The translations under genes and the position numbers were made by a program. From Candidatus Marinacidobacterales bacterium (GTDB lineage Bacteria > Acidobacteriota > Vicinamibacteria > Marinacidobacterales > SMYC01), in the NCBI GenBank assembly GCA_965197495.1, contig OZ240210.1, positions 3,803,836 to 3,867,835 of the forward strand: 64,000 bases of DNA, in the 5' to 3' direction. Position 1 is the stretch's first letter; every line of letters begins with the position of its first letter. The notes under the pieces are model-generated. The model saw nothing but the letters and a program-made list of their open reading frames with translations, was not told the DNA's origin and did not search any database. Shown here piece by piece: positions 45,995-55,475 of the stretch.

Positions 45995-47206
45995 CTAGAC
46001 GGGGATCTCGGCCATCTCCGTTTTCGAAAAGGCTTCTCGATCCGAATAATCGAGCTCGACTTTGCAGCAGCGCCGGCACACCGGGAAGATTCCGTGCTCC
46101 AAGAGCTTCTTGCGGAGCTCGACATAACGCGGGCTGTTCCAGATCTCGGACAGGCTTTGCTCCCGCAAATCCCCGACCTCGACGCGGATGAAAGGGCAGA
46201 AATGCACTTTGCCGTCATACGTGATGCGCCCGCCGAAGAACGGGTAGAAGCACTGGCCTTTGAGAGGCCGATTGGGCGTGTAGTAGTGCTCGAGATCCTG
46301 CGTTTTCTGCGCCGGGCGCCAGTTGATGGTGATGCCCTTGGCTTCGGCGTAGGCCACCGCCTTCGCGAGCACGACCGGCACTTCTTTAGGGTCGAGGCCC
46401 GGGTCGTCGGTAATGTGCGTGCTGATGACGCTCGCGTCTTCTTCGCCGATTATATCGAGCGTTTCTTGCACTTCCTTCGCGGTCGCGAACATCAGCTGGT
46501 TGAGCCCGATGAGATCGACCCCGAGCTTCTCGGCCTCGTCCACGACTTCCTCGAGCAGGTGGAGATTGCCGGAGGTCAACGTCGTGTTGATGGAAAGCGG
46601 CAGAGCGACGCCTTCTTCCGCATAGGCCTTTCGCAGCATCTCGATATTGTCGGCGGACTTTTTGAAAGCACCGCGCTGGCCGCGGACTTCGTTATGGAAT
46701 TCGGGCGAACCGTCGATGGACACGCTGATGTGGCGCAAAAACCCGCCGTTCGTGAGCTTGGCGAGCTCCCGGGCCCGGTCTTGTTTGATGACCGTTCCGT
46801 TCGTCGTGATGTAGTCGCAGCGCATGCCCTTTTTCCGCAGCAGGTCGAAAATCTCGAGCAAGTTCTTGCGCACGAAGGGCTCGCCGCCCGTGATGTTGTA
46901 GGACTTCACGCCGCCCTCGCCCCCGTCGCCGAAGATGCGATCGAGCTCTTCGAGCGAGAGCTCTTTAGCCCGCCAGTCTTCCGGGTTGAGGATGTCCGCG
47001 ACGTAGCAAAAGCTGCAATGGAGATTACAAAGGAGCGTGGGCTCGTAAACGACGAAGTGGGGGAGGGTGTCCGCGACGCCGTCCCCCCGCTCTTTGAGCT
47101 TGTTGGTCTGCCACGCCCGCCGCGTGCGGGTGACACGGTTCCTGAGCTTGCGGACGAGGCTCTGATGTGGTGCGGCCATGGCTCGATTATATGTCAAGCG
47201 TTCCAT
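45995..47206 (-). CDS. radical SAM protein with SPASM-type C-terminal Cys cluster
   Basis: CNLHCSFCY (CxxxCxxC), GGEPF, and a C-terminal CFYPF..HFCPF..PVCRRCC. The start is uncertain (47206 or 47179). Confidence 0.8.
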   Translation of the reverse strand: MERLTYNRAMAAPHQSLVRKLRNRVTRTRRAWQTNKLKERGDGVADTLPHFVVYEPTLLCNLHCSFCYVADILNPEDWRAKELSLEELDRIFGDGGEGGVKSYNITGGEPFVRKNLLEIFDLLRKKGMRCDYITTNGTVIKQDRARELAKLTNGGFLRHISVSIDGSPEFHNEVRGQRGAFKKSADNIEMLRKAYAEEGVALPLSINTTLTSGNLHLLEEVVDEAEKLGVDLIGLNQLMFATAKEVQETLDIIGEEDASVISTHITDDPGLDPKEVPVVLAKAVAYAEAKGITINWRPAQKTQDLEHYYTPNRPLKGQCFYPFFGGRITYDGKVHFCPFIRVEVGDLREQSLSEIWNSPRYVELRKKLLEHGIFPVCRRCCKVELDYSDREAFSKTEMAEIPV

Positions 47207-48426
47207 GGCTGCGGCAGGCTCGAGAGCGCCTCGAGATAGTCGGCCACCATGACCTCTGGGCTGTGCTCGCGCTCGACGAAAGCCCGCGACCTGAAGGCGA
47301 GATCGCGGCGGCGCTTTTCGGAACGGATCAAATCCATCAAATCGCAATAGAGGCCGTCTTCGTCGCCTTCGAGGGCGGAGCGCGCGACGACCGAGGTCGG
47401 GAAATCTGCGGCGTGGATTTGGTCCGTTACCATGACGGGGCGGCCGCAGGCGAGAAGGCGGAGGAGTGTTGCCGAGGTTTCGCCCGCGGAAGGGTAGCGG
47501 AGGTTCAAGCAGATATCTGCGGCGAAGACATAGGGCCAAAAATCTTCGTCCGAGACGCGACCGGCGAAATGAACGGCGTCCGTCACGCCGAGCGCTTCCG
47601 CTTCTTCGGCCGCGTCGTAGTGGTCCACGGCGCCGCCTACGAGCACGTAACGCGCGTCGATTCCTTTCGTGCGGAGACGCGCGAGTGCTTTGAGCGCCAT
47701 CCCGATGCGCTTTTCGGGTGTGACTAATCCGAAGGACGCCAAGAGCAGCCCGTCATCGAGCCCGAGCTTCTTGCGAGCTTTCTCGCGGCTCATCAGGCTC
47801 GGTAGTGGCATCCCCATCCGCACGCGCGCGACCTTTGCGACATTTACGTCTGGGCAGCGCTCTAGAATTTCGTCGCGCGCGGTCGAGCTGTGCACGAGCG
47901 TCAGCGCGCTCTGGCGAACGAGATGCTCGTAGAGAGGATAAGCATAAAGAAGCCGCCCGCCGCCCATGCGGATCGCGATCTCTGCGATCGTGTCGCCTTT
48001 GTCGGGGTAGGCTTCCATGACTTCCTGGCGATAGGCGTCGAGCGTGGCGAGGGCTTCGTCGCGTTTGTCGCGATTCCCCAAATCCGCGCGGTAAGCGCGC
48101 ATCGCGGGGCTCTCAAGATAGCCGTTCAGGCGCGCGTGGTGGAGCACGAGGTCGTGGAGCACGAGCACGCCGGGCCGCGCGAGCATATGGGGGTAGAGAA
48201 AATCGTGATGCGCGCTATTGCCGAGGTGGTACATTGCGAGCCCCGTAGCGCCCGCCCCCGCGGTTGCGGCATCGTGAACCGGGAACGGCTGCTTGCGGGT
48301 TTCGCCTTCGCAGAAAGCTTCGACTTCCCAGTCGCTCGCTTTGGCGAGCTCGTGCAGCAAGAGCGCGCTGTAATCCGCGATGCCGGTCGGCGCCGGCGGT
48401 AGCGGTGTGAAGACCGAGAGCTTCAC
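47194..48426 (-). CDS. glycosyltransferase family 4 (GT-B)
   Basis: GTG at 48426 overlaps the upstream stop (GTGA). VKLSVFTPLPPAPTGIADYS..; the C-terminal domain has LLASFGLVTPEKRI..VLVGG..FAGRVSDEDF. Confidence 0.8.
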   Translation of the reverse strand: MKLSVFTPLPPAPTGIADYSALLLHELAKASDWEVEAFCEGETRKQPFPVHDAATAGAGATGLAMYHLGNSAHHDFLYPHMLARPGVLVLHDLVLHHARLNGYLESPAMRAYRADLGNRDKRDEALATLDAYRQEVMEAYPDKGDTIAEIAIRMGGGRLLYAYPLYEHLVRQSALTLVHSSTARDEILERCPDVNVAKVARVRMGMPLPSLMSREKARKKLGLDDGLLLASFGLVTPEKRIGMALKALARLRTKGIDARYVLVGGAVDHYDAAEEAEALGVTDAVHFAGRVSDEDFWPYVFAADICLNLRYPSAGETSATLLRLLACGRPVMVTDQIHAADFPTSVVARSALEGDEDGLYCDLMDLIRSEKRRRDLAFRSRAFVEREHSPEVMVADYLEALSSLPQPWNA

Positions 48427-49346
48427 GCGCCCCTTTCGGGCTTTCGCGCTTCGACGAGAAGGATATCTCCAAAGTTGATGCGGACGCGGCGGTCGTGCAA
48501 GCCGACCCAGCCCGTCGCTTTGTGGGCAGGGCCTCCGAGCGGTCCGAGCATCTTGGCCGCCCGCTCCAGAACATAGCCGAGCTTGAGCGTTCTCGATTGT
48601 GTCGACATCCCGAGAACGTCGAACCCGGCTCGCCGAACCATCTCCGCAAGGCTCCGCCGAGTGAAGTAATGAAGATGCATCCGCATGAACCACGTCCAGC
48701 GGCCCCGCATCACTCGCGCCATGAACCCGCCCATGTTCACGGTCGTGAGAGCGAGAAGCCCGCCCGGTTTCAAGAGACCGTGCGCCCGCTCCAAGCTGTC
48801 GAGCGGATCTTGAACGTGCTCCCACACATCCCACGAGGCCACGACGTCGAAGCTTTCGCTCTCTGCTTCGAACTCGTCGAGCATGCCGTTGAAAACCGTG
48901 AGGCCCATGGCCGCCGCTTGCTCCGAGGCCCAGCGCGACGGCTCGATCCCCGTCGCCTTCCATCCGCGCTTCGTCGCTTCGTCTAGAAACAAACCGACCG
49001 AGCTTCCGATCTCGAGGAGCGTTCCGGAGCTCACGAAGGGGTAGCGCTCGATCCCTTCGAGCGCCCGGCGAAAGTCTTCGCGCCGTTCGGACTCGGACGC
49101 CCTGTAGAGGTTGTCATGGACGTCCCGATAGGACTGTTCGATCTCTGAGACCCCGCCCGGCGGCTCCGCGCGGGCAAGACCGCAGCCGTGGCAGGTGAAG
49201 ATGTCGTCATGGACAGAGAGGTGTGGGCTCGTGCAGGCGAGCTCACTGCTCTCGACGGGCGCGCCGTTCGGCGCGTTCGAAGGGTAAAGGAGCACGGTGC
49301 GCCGGCCGCATAAAAGGCACGGCGGCGCTTCAGGAGCTGAGGGCAT
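48423..49346 (-). CDS. class I SAM-dependent methyltransferase with N-terminal Cys4 element
   Basis: CLLCG..CHGCG, then LLEIGSSVGLFLDEA (motif I) and FDVVASWDVWEHV. Confidence 0.75.
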   Translation of the reverse strand: MPSAPEAPPCLLCGRRTVLLYPSNAPNGAPVESSELACTSPHLSVHDDIFTCHGCGLARAEPPGGVSEIEQSYRDVHDNLYRASESERREDFRRALEGIERYPFVSSGTLLEIGSSVGLFLDEATKRGWKATGIEPSRWASEQAAAMGLTVFNGMLDEFEAESESFDVVASWDVWEHVQDPLDSLERAHGLLKPGGLLALTTVNMGGFMARVMRGRWTWFMRMHLHYFTRRSLAEMVRRAGFDVLGMSTQSRTLKLGYVLERAAKMLGPLGGPAHKATGWVGLHDRRVRINFGDILLVEARKPERGA

Positions 49347-50076
49347 TCGAACGTTCCTCGAATTCCCGCTCGACCCGTTTCCGGTCTCGAAGGGCGCTCC
49401 CAAGCGCCCCGAAGGTCTCGAGGACGTATTGGATCGAGCTCCGGATGTCGACCGAAGAGGACTCGTCCGTGTAGCGCGTCGGGATGGCCACTTCTTCGAT
49501 GCGGAAGTCTAGGAGCACGGCGCGGATGAGAAGCTGGGAATCGAACACGAACGCGTCGGAGAAATCCTCGTAGCCGACCAGCTGGAGAAATTTTAGGGAA
49601 TAGGCCTTCATGCCGCTGTGAAGCTCGCTGAAGTGGGTCCCCAGAAAAAAGTTCTCGACGCCCGTGGTGAAGCGGTTGCCGACATAACGATAGAGCGGCA
49701 TCCCGCCATCCATGGGGCGGCCGCCGTTCTTGAACCGTGACCCGAAGACGAAATCCGCCCGGCCCGAAGCGATGGGCTCGATGAGCGCGGGCACGCATTC
49801 GGGCGAATATTGGTAGTCAGGGTGAAGGAGCACCACGATGTCGGCGCCTTCCGAGAGTGCCCAGTCGTAGCAAGTCTTCTGATTGCCGCCATAGCCGCGG
49901 TTCTCCGGGTGCCGCCGCGTCTTTAGCCCGAGCCCTTCAGCGACCTCGAAGGTGTTGTCGGGGCTCGCGTCATCCACGACCAGCACCGCGTCGTAGCAAT
50001 CTTTCGGAATCTCCCGATAGGTCCGCTCGATGGTCCGGGCCGCCTTATAGGCGGGCATCGTTATGATCCTTCGCAT
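49330..50076 (-). CDS. glycosyltransferase family 2
   Basis: MPAYKAARTIERT..VLVVDDASPDNT..RGYGGNQK..LLHPDYQY. Confidence 0.8.
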   Translation of the reverse strand: MRRIITMPAYKAARTIERTYREIPKDCYDAVLVVDDASPDNTFEVAEGLGLKTRRHPENRGYGGNQKTCYDWALSEGADIVVLLHPDYQYSPECVPALIEPIASGRADFVFGSRFKNGGRPMDGGMPLYRYVGNRFTTGVENFFLGTHFSELHSGMKAYSLKFLQLVGYEDFSDAFVFDSQLLIRAVLLDFRIEEVAIPTRYTDESSSVDIRSSIQYVLETFGALGSALRDRKRVEREFEERSNALSS

Positions 50077-50132
50077 ATCAGGGGCGCCTGTGGTTCGGTG
50101 TAGGCGCCACTTATGTTACGCCACGCCTCGGG

Positions 50133-51302
50133 GTGTTTCAAACAGATTTCATGTACCCTAAGGGCGCGATGCCACCAAAGATTCCTCTCGTGAATCTCGA
50201 AGCCCAGCACGAGCCGATCCGGGACGAGCTTCTGGACGCTCTCACGCGCTGCCTCGACAGCCACAGCTACATCCTTGGGGAATCCGTCGAAAAGCTCGAG
50301 GTGGAAATCGCGCGGCGTTCGGGCGTGGGCTTTGCGGTGGGCGCCTCTTCCGCCACCGACGCGCTCCTGATGGGCTTGATGGCCCTTGGCGTGGGCCAGG
50401 GCGATGAGGTCGTCACCACGGCCTACTCCTTCTTCGCCACCGCGGGTGTTATCGTGCGCCTGGGTGCACGGCCCGTTTTCGTCGATATCGACGAGTCCAC
50501 GTACAACATCGATACCGCGGCGATCGAGAGGGCGCTCTCGAAGGCAACGAAGGCCATCATGCCGGTCCATCTCTACGGGCAATGCGCGGACATGGACCCG
50601 ATCCTCGAGCTGGCTGAAGCGCGCGGCCTCCCGGTCGTCGAGGACGCGGCTCAAGCAATCGGTGCGCGCACGCGCGACGGGCGGCAGGCGGGGAGCTTGG
50701 GTACCGTTGCCGCGTTCTCTTTCTATCCTTCGAAGAACCTTGCCGCGATGGGCGATGCAGGGATGGCGCTGACGCGGGACGAAGGGCTCGCGCACACGCT
50801 CCGAAGACTGCGCAATCACGGCGCCGAAAAGACGTACGTTCACGAGATCGTCGGCGGCAATTTCCGGATGGATGCGGTCCAAGCAGCAGTGCTCAACGTG
50901 AAGCTCGCTCATCTCGACTCTTGGACTGAGCGCCGTCGGGATCGGGCGCGCCGGTACAACGATCTCTTTCTCGATAGCGGGCTCGTCGACGAAGGCCGCG
51001 TCAGGATTCCCACGGCCTCGGGCGACCACGCCTATCATCAGTATGTCATCCGCGTGGAAGCGCGCGACGCGCTCCGAGAATATCTCGCGGGAGAGGGGAT
51101 TGCCTCGGGCGTCTACTACCCTATTCCTCTTCCGCTCCAGCCTTGTTTCGATAACCTCGGCTACGCGCCCGGGGACTTTCCGGTGGCGGAGCGCGCGTCC
51201 CGCGAAACTTTGGCGCTCCCTGTTTATCCCGAGATCCGCGACGACCAGCAATGTCTCGTGGTGGACGCGGTCGCACGTTTTCTTAGGGCCAGAGCGCGCT
51301 AG
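50133..51302 (+). CDS. DegT/DnrJ/EryC1/StrS family sugar aminotransferase
   Basis: IPLVNLEAQHEPIRDEL..SSATDALLMGL..AFSFYPSKNLAAMGDAG (PLP Lys context). The start may be internal (MPPKIPL at 50169). Confidence 0.85.
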   Translation: MFQTDFMYPKGAMPPKIPLVNLEAQHEPIRDELLDALTRCLDSHSYILGESVEKLEVEIARRSGVGFAVGASSATDALLMGLMALGVGQGDEVVTTAYSFFATAGVIVRLGARPVFVDIDESTYNIDTAAIERALSKATKAIMPVHLYGQCADMDPILELAEARGLPVVEDAAQAIGARTRDGRQAGSLGTVAAFSFYPSKNLAAMGDAGMALTRDEGLAHTLRRLRNHGAEKTYVHEIVGGNFRMDAVQAAVLNVKLAHLDSWTERRRDRARRYNDLFLDSGLVDEGRVRIPTASGDHAYHQYVIRVEARDALREYLAGEGIASGVYYPIPLPLQPCFDNLGYAPGDFPVAERASRETLALPVYPEIRDDQQCLVVDAVARFLRARAR

Positions 51303-51303
51303 G

Positions 51304-52008
51304 ATGGAGATCATGTACATCGCGTGGGTTCTGATGACGTTACTGTCGGACGGCCATCCTCAGATCGAGCCCGTCCTGCAGTCGAAGCTCGTCGTCGAGA
51401 AGCAGGAAGCGAATGAGCAGATGATCGTCACCTATAGCGTGGGTGAAGAGAGGCGGCGCAAACGAGTCGGCGGCCCGTACTGGTATCTCGAGTACAACTT
51501 GCCTTACGAGGTCGAGCGCCCGGCCATCATCGACCACTTCAAAGCCGAGAGCGAGCGACTCTACGGCACCATCCGCCAGGATGCGGGCAACCGCCTCATC
51601 TTCAGCGTCTTGAGGGAAGACGGCGGCGATACCTGGTGCCGCGTCTGGGCGACGGACGGCGAGTACACGCTCGAGATCGTCGAAGACCGGCCTCCCGATC
51701 ATACGCCGTTCGACGAAGCGCCTACGCCGAGCGCGACGATCGTTTTCACCCGCGGCGAAGATTCTTTCGACCGCGGCGCACGTGGGGCGCTCGATGCGAT
51801 CGCGCAGTGGCTCGAGGCGCGTCCCGAATATTCAGCGGAAGTCCGGGGCCATCGAGGGCCACTCGAAGACCCGGAGCTTCCTGAACGGCGGGCTCATGCC
51901 GTGGTGCAGGCGATTCTGGATCGCGGGATCTCGGAGACGCGCGTCACCGCGTCGGAAGACGCCGCCGAGACGGGCTTCGAAGTCACGGTTGTCGCGATCG
52001 AGCCGTAA
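51304..52008 (+). CDS. hypothetical protein with weak C-terminal OmpA-like region
   Basis: The ATG lies 2 nt after the DegT stop. The C-terminus IVFTRGEDSFDRGARGALDAIAQWL..ERRAHAVVQAILDRGISETRV resembles OmpA/MotB peptidoglycan-binding domains. Confidence 0.4.
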   Translation: MEIMYIAWVLMTLLSDGHPQIEPVLQSKLVVEKQEANEQMIVTYSVGEERRRKRVGGPYWYLEYNLPYEVERPAIIDHFKAESERLYGTIRQDAGNRLIFSVLREDGGDTWCRVWATDGEYTLEIVEDRPPDHTPFDEAPTPSATIVFTRGEDSFDRGARGALDAIAQWLEARPEYSAEVRGHRGPLEDPELPERRAHAVVQAILDRGISETRVTASEDAAETGFEVTVVAIEP

Positions 52009-52010
52009 AC

Positions 52011-52030
52011 CCGCGCTCAGCGCGGCTTTC
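52011..52030 (+). terminator. short hairpin plus T-rich tail
   Basis: CCGCGC-TCA-GCGCGG followed by CTTTC. Confidence 0.35.
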
Positions 52031-52057
52031 GATATGATGGCGATATGATGGCGCGCG

Positions 52058-52669
52058 ATGGGCTCCCGAACACACGATCTCTCGGCGCTTTTGTTCTTCG
52101 TCGCGGTGACATCGTGGTTGACGTGGCCGCTGACGTCGCGGCTTACAACAGGTCTCAGCGCCAGCCCGGACGCGCTCCTTAACTACTGGGCGCTCGCTTG
52201 GAACATCCACATCCTGCCTCAAGCGCTCCTTGCCTACTTCGATGCGAACATCTTCGCGCCGCGTCCCGACACCCTTGCTTACTCCGAGCATTTGTTCGCG
52301 ATAGCACTTCTCGCGTGGCCGTCTTACCTCGGCACGGGAAGCGTCGTCCTCGCCTATGAGGCGGCCATGTTTTTGTCGTTCGTGCTCTCCGGGCTCGGGA
52401 TGTATCTCGCCCGCGACCTCACGGGAAATCGTTGGGCCGCGGTCGTCGCCGGTATCGTCTTTCTCGCGGCGCCTTATCGCTTTCTGCACGTCGTCCACAT
52501 CCAGATTCTGACGCTCCAGTGGTTTCCTTTCCTGTTCCCGTGTCTTTTGCGTCCCGAGCCGCGGCGGCGGCGATTGGAAGCCGAGATGGATCGATACCGG
52601 GAAAGAATGCCTTTGCTGTCCCGCATTGGAGACGATGCGGTCTACGAAATCGTCGACGCTCCCTCATGA
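52058..52669 (+). CDS. membrane protein resembling the N-terminal third of GT39/ArnT-like glycosyltransferases; probably internally deleted
   Basis: WPLTSRL..DALLNYWALAWNIHIL..FDANIFAPRPDTLAYSEHLF..FLAAPYRFLHVVHIQILTLQWFPF is joined abruptly to a short tail ..LLSRIGDDAVYEIV. Proteins I recall with this start are more than twice as long. Confidence 0.45.
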   Translation: MGSRTHDLSALLFFVAVTSWLTWPLTSRLTTGLSASPDALLNYWALAWNIHILPQALLAYFDANIFAPRPDTLAYSEHLFAIALLAWPSYLGTGSVVLAYEAAMFLSFVLSGLGMYLARDLTGNRWAAVVAGIVFLAAPYRFLHVVHIQILTLQWFPFLFPCLLRPEPRRRRLEAEMDRYRERMPLLSRIGDDAVYEIVDAPS

Positions 52670-53480
52670 AGCTCGTCTACCTCGCCGATATTCGCTTTCC
52701 CATGGAGCGCGCCAACGGCATCCAGACGATCGAGACTTGTCACGCGCTCGCCCGCCGCGGCGTCGAGGTCGAGCTCGTCGTACGGCGTACCGATGCGCGT
52801 ACCGACGCGGAATGTCTCGCCTATTTCGGGCTCGAGCCCCATCCGAAGCTGAGGCTCCGGCGCGTGCGCGCGCGCGGACGCCTCGGCTTTCTCTTGCGTG
52901 CGGTGCCGCTCATGATCGCTTCGGAGGCGGGCGACGTTCTCTATACGCGCGACCTCATCCTTGCCGACCTCGCGACGAAGCTTGCCGACGCCGAGGTCGT
53001 CTACGAAGCCCACACCGTCGCCGCGGTCTTCGCCGAAGAGCGCGGGCGGATGTACGAAGACGGCGCGCCGCCGACGCCGAGGAAGCTCGCCCGGCTCGAT
53101 GCCCGTGAACGACGCGTCTTGGAGAGCGCGACCGGCATCGTCACCATCACCGCCACGCTCCACGAAGCGCTCGAGACGCGGCACGGCGCGATCGCAAATG
53201 CGCTCATCGCACCCGACGGCTGCCGTGTCACCGACACGATGCGCCCCGCGCCGTCGGGTGGCAAGGTGATGTACATCGGACAGCTCTATCCGTGGAAGGG
53301 TGTCGATGTGCTCGTGCGCGCGATGCAGGGCGTGCCGCGCGGCGAGCTCGTCATCGTGGGCGGGCTGCCTCCCGAACCTGACCTCGAGCGCGTGAAGCGT
53401 TTGGCCGCGGAGCTCGGCCTCGAAGAGCGCGTGCACTTTCGCGGCTTCGTGCCGCCGCCCGAGCTCGACGCCGCACAGCT
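52666..53480 (+). pseudogene. glycosyltransferase family 4, 3'-truncated
   Basis: MKLVYLADIRFPMERANGIQ..GKVMYIGQLYPWKGVDVLVRAM..LVIVGG..RVHFRGFVPPPELD. Family resemblance is then lost: there is no E-x7-E region, and the remainder of the ORF to 53712 is Arg/Pro/Ser junk. Confidence 0.55.
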
Positions 53481-53494
53481 TTCTCGCAACGCTA

Positions 53495-53770
53495 AACGGG
53501 CTCCTCCGTCATCACGACATCTTTCACTTCCACGCCGTCGGACCGGGCAGCTTTGCGTGCCTTCCCTCGCTGGTGGGTATTCCCGCCGTTGTGACCGTAC
53601 ACTCCCTCGATTGGGAGCGAGCCAAGTGGGCCGGACCGGCGAAGGCTTTGATGCGCCTGGGCGCGGGCGTCGCCATCCGGAGTGCATCGGAAGTCATTGC
53701 CGTCTCCTCTGAGCTGGTGAACTACGTCCGTCGCAACTACCGGCGCGAGGCCACCATCGGCCCGACTTTG
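53495..53770 (+). pseudogene. internal fragment of a second GT4 glycosyltransferase
   Basis: Own reading: LLRHHDIFHFHAVGPGSFACLPSLVGIPAVVTVHSLDWERAKWAGPAKALMRLGAGVAIRSASEVIAVSSELVNYV. It has no N-terminus and no C-terminal domain. Confidence 0.5.
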
Positions 53771-53806
53771 CTCGGCATGACCCGCTGCGGGCCTTGCCGT
53801 GATGTC

Positions 53807-54649
53807 ATGACCACCGGGCTTGGCGCGCTCGTCGCGATCGGTGTCAGCTCGCTGATGTATGCGCAACGGCGGCGAGCCTTCCGGGCCAACCAAGCCGCGC
53901 AACGCGCGCTTTCGAGTCTTCAAGATGCGCAATCGCGTCTACTCGTCTCGCGCGTGGCCGCATCTCAGGGCCGCCTTGCCGCTGCCCTCGCTCATGAGCT
54001 CAACACGCCGCTCGGCGTCGTGAACAGCACCTTGTCATCTCTGGAGAAGTACTTCGAGCGCGACGACGCGCGCAGGGAAGATCTGACCGCCACCATGCGC
54101 CGACTGGTCACCGGTGCGAACGAAGCCAGCGAGAGACTCAGCCAAGTCGTCGAGCGCATGAAGCGCTTTACTCATTTGGACCGCGCAGAGACAGTTCAGT
54201 GTGATCTCAACACTCTGATTACCGACATCATAGGTGTCCTCCGCTCAGAGCTGAAGGAGCGGGGCACGGAGCCAATCCTGGAGCTCGGCACGCTCCCGCC
54301 TCTCCAGTGCCAAGCTCAGGCCTTGTCTGCCGTGCTGACGACTCTAATCCGTAACGCGTCAGAAGCGATCGACGGAAGGGGCCATGTTTGGATCAAGTCG
54401 CGACTGGATGAGAAGGACGTTGCGATCAAGGTCGAGATCCGTGACGACGGACGCGGCATCCCTGCGGACAGGCTGGCCGATCTGTTCGAGCCCACGTTTA
54501 CAGTGAAAGACGGGCGCGTGGTGACCTCGAACTGGGGCCTGTCCAGCTCACGCCGGATCATCGCCGAACATCACGGACACTTGGAGCTCGAAAGTACCGA
54601 GGGACAAGGAACGCTCGCTCGGATTCGCCTGCCGGTCCGCGGCAAGTAG
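53807..54649 (+). CDS. sensor histidine kinase (one TM, HisKA + HATPase_c)
   Basis: MTTGLGALVAIGVSSLMYA (TM); H-box AHELNTPLGVV; N-box LIRNASEAI; EIRDDGRGIP; G-box STEGQGT. Confidence 0.75.
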   Translation: MTTGLGALVAIGVSSLMYAQRRRAFRANQAAQRALSSLQDAQSRLLVSRVAASQGRLAAALAHELNTPLGVVNSTLSSLEKYFERDDARREDLTATMRRLVTGANEASERLSQVVERMKRFTHLDRAETVQCDLNTLITDIIGVLRSELKERGTEPILELGTLPPLQCQAQALSAVLTTLIRNASEAIDGRGHVWIKSRLDEKDVAIKVEIRDDGRGIPADRLADLFEPTFTVKDGRVVTSNWGLSSSRRIIAEHHGHLELESTEGQGTLARIRLPVRGK

Positions 54650-54922
54650 TCCTCCCCGTCGCCCTCCAAACACTCTCATTCCGCTCCTCGTACGTCGGAG
54701 GACGGACGAGATAGCTACGGTCGTGACGAGCGTTATTCTCGCCATCCTTCTTCTCCGCAAATGGAGAGCATCAAGAAGTCGCGGAGGTGGCCGACTTGGA
54801 ACGTTGAAGAATGTGTGAAGTCTTTCATTCGATGCCGTCGCCGCCCCTGCCTAACCTGGGGCTAGCTTGGCCGACCACACCGCGTTTTAGTGCGCCGGGC
54901 CCAAAGGAGAAAGGTCTCTCAC

Positions 54923-55190
54923 ATGCGGAACAAACGCATCGCCATACTCGGTGCGGGGCCCATCGGGATCGAAGCGGCGCTCGCCGCCAGGGAGCTCAGA
55001 AACGATGTAATGGTTCTCGAGCGCGACCGTGTCGGCGGTAACGTCGAGCGTTGGGGCCACGTACGGCTTTTCTCCCCGTTCGCGCTCAATCACTCGGAAC
55101 GGGGCGCACGCTTGCTCGCGGCCGAAGGCCGCCGGCTCCCCGAGCCCGGCGAATACCTGACCGGCACCGACTACCTCGAGCGCTATCTGA
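54923..55190 (+). pseudogene. N-terminal fragment of an FAD/NAD(P)-binding oxidoreductase
   Basis: AAAGGAGAAAGG precedes the ATG. MRNKRIAILGAGPIGIEAALAARE..VLERDRVGGNVERWGHVRLFSP. It breaks off after ~90 aa. Confidence 0.5.
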
Positions 55191-55193
55191 GGC

Positions 55194-55475
55194 ATGCAGG
55201 CGGTGATTTACAAAGGCCCCTGGCGTAGTGTCACCGATGACGACGGACACACGCTGTTGCGTGGCGAGGGCATGTCCGTCTGCGACAAAACGTTCCATAT
55301 CTACGCCTCGGAGCCCTACCGAGATGCGATCGAGCTCGTAGCTCCGTACGTCGAAACCCGTCTCGAAGGTGCGGCGCCTTTCGACTGCCGCATCGACGCC
55401 CGGCGCCACCCTCGGGAGACGAAGGGCCTCGACTACGACGCCACCGAAACGACGGACGCGCCCTACTGCGGACCG
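55194..55475 (+). pseudogene. C-terminal fragment of an ArsM-like SAM methyltransferase-associated domain
   Basis: AVIYKGPWRSVTDDDGHTLLRGEGMSVCDKTFHIY..FDCRIDARRHPRETKGLDY..APYCGPG. It is recognised from memory only. Its last codons (GGDCC*) are found inverted at 56390-56373. Confidence 0.4.

Noticed and set aside
45980-47239. 419-aa plus-strand ORF
   Set aside because: It is antisense to the radical SAM/SPASM gene, which has clear CxxxCxxC and SPASM motifs.
50061-51320. 419-aa minus-strand ORF
   Set aside because: It is antisense to the DegT aminotransferase gene.
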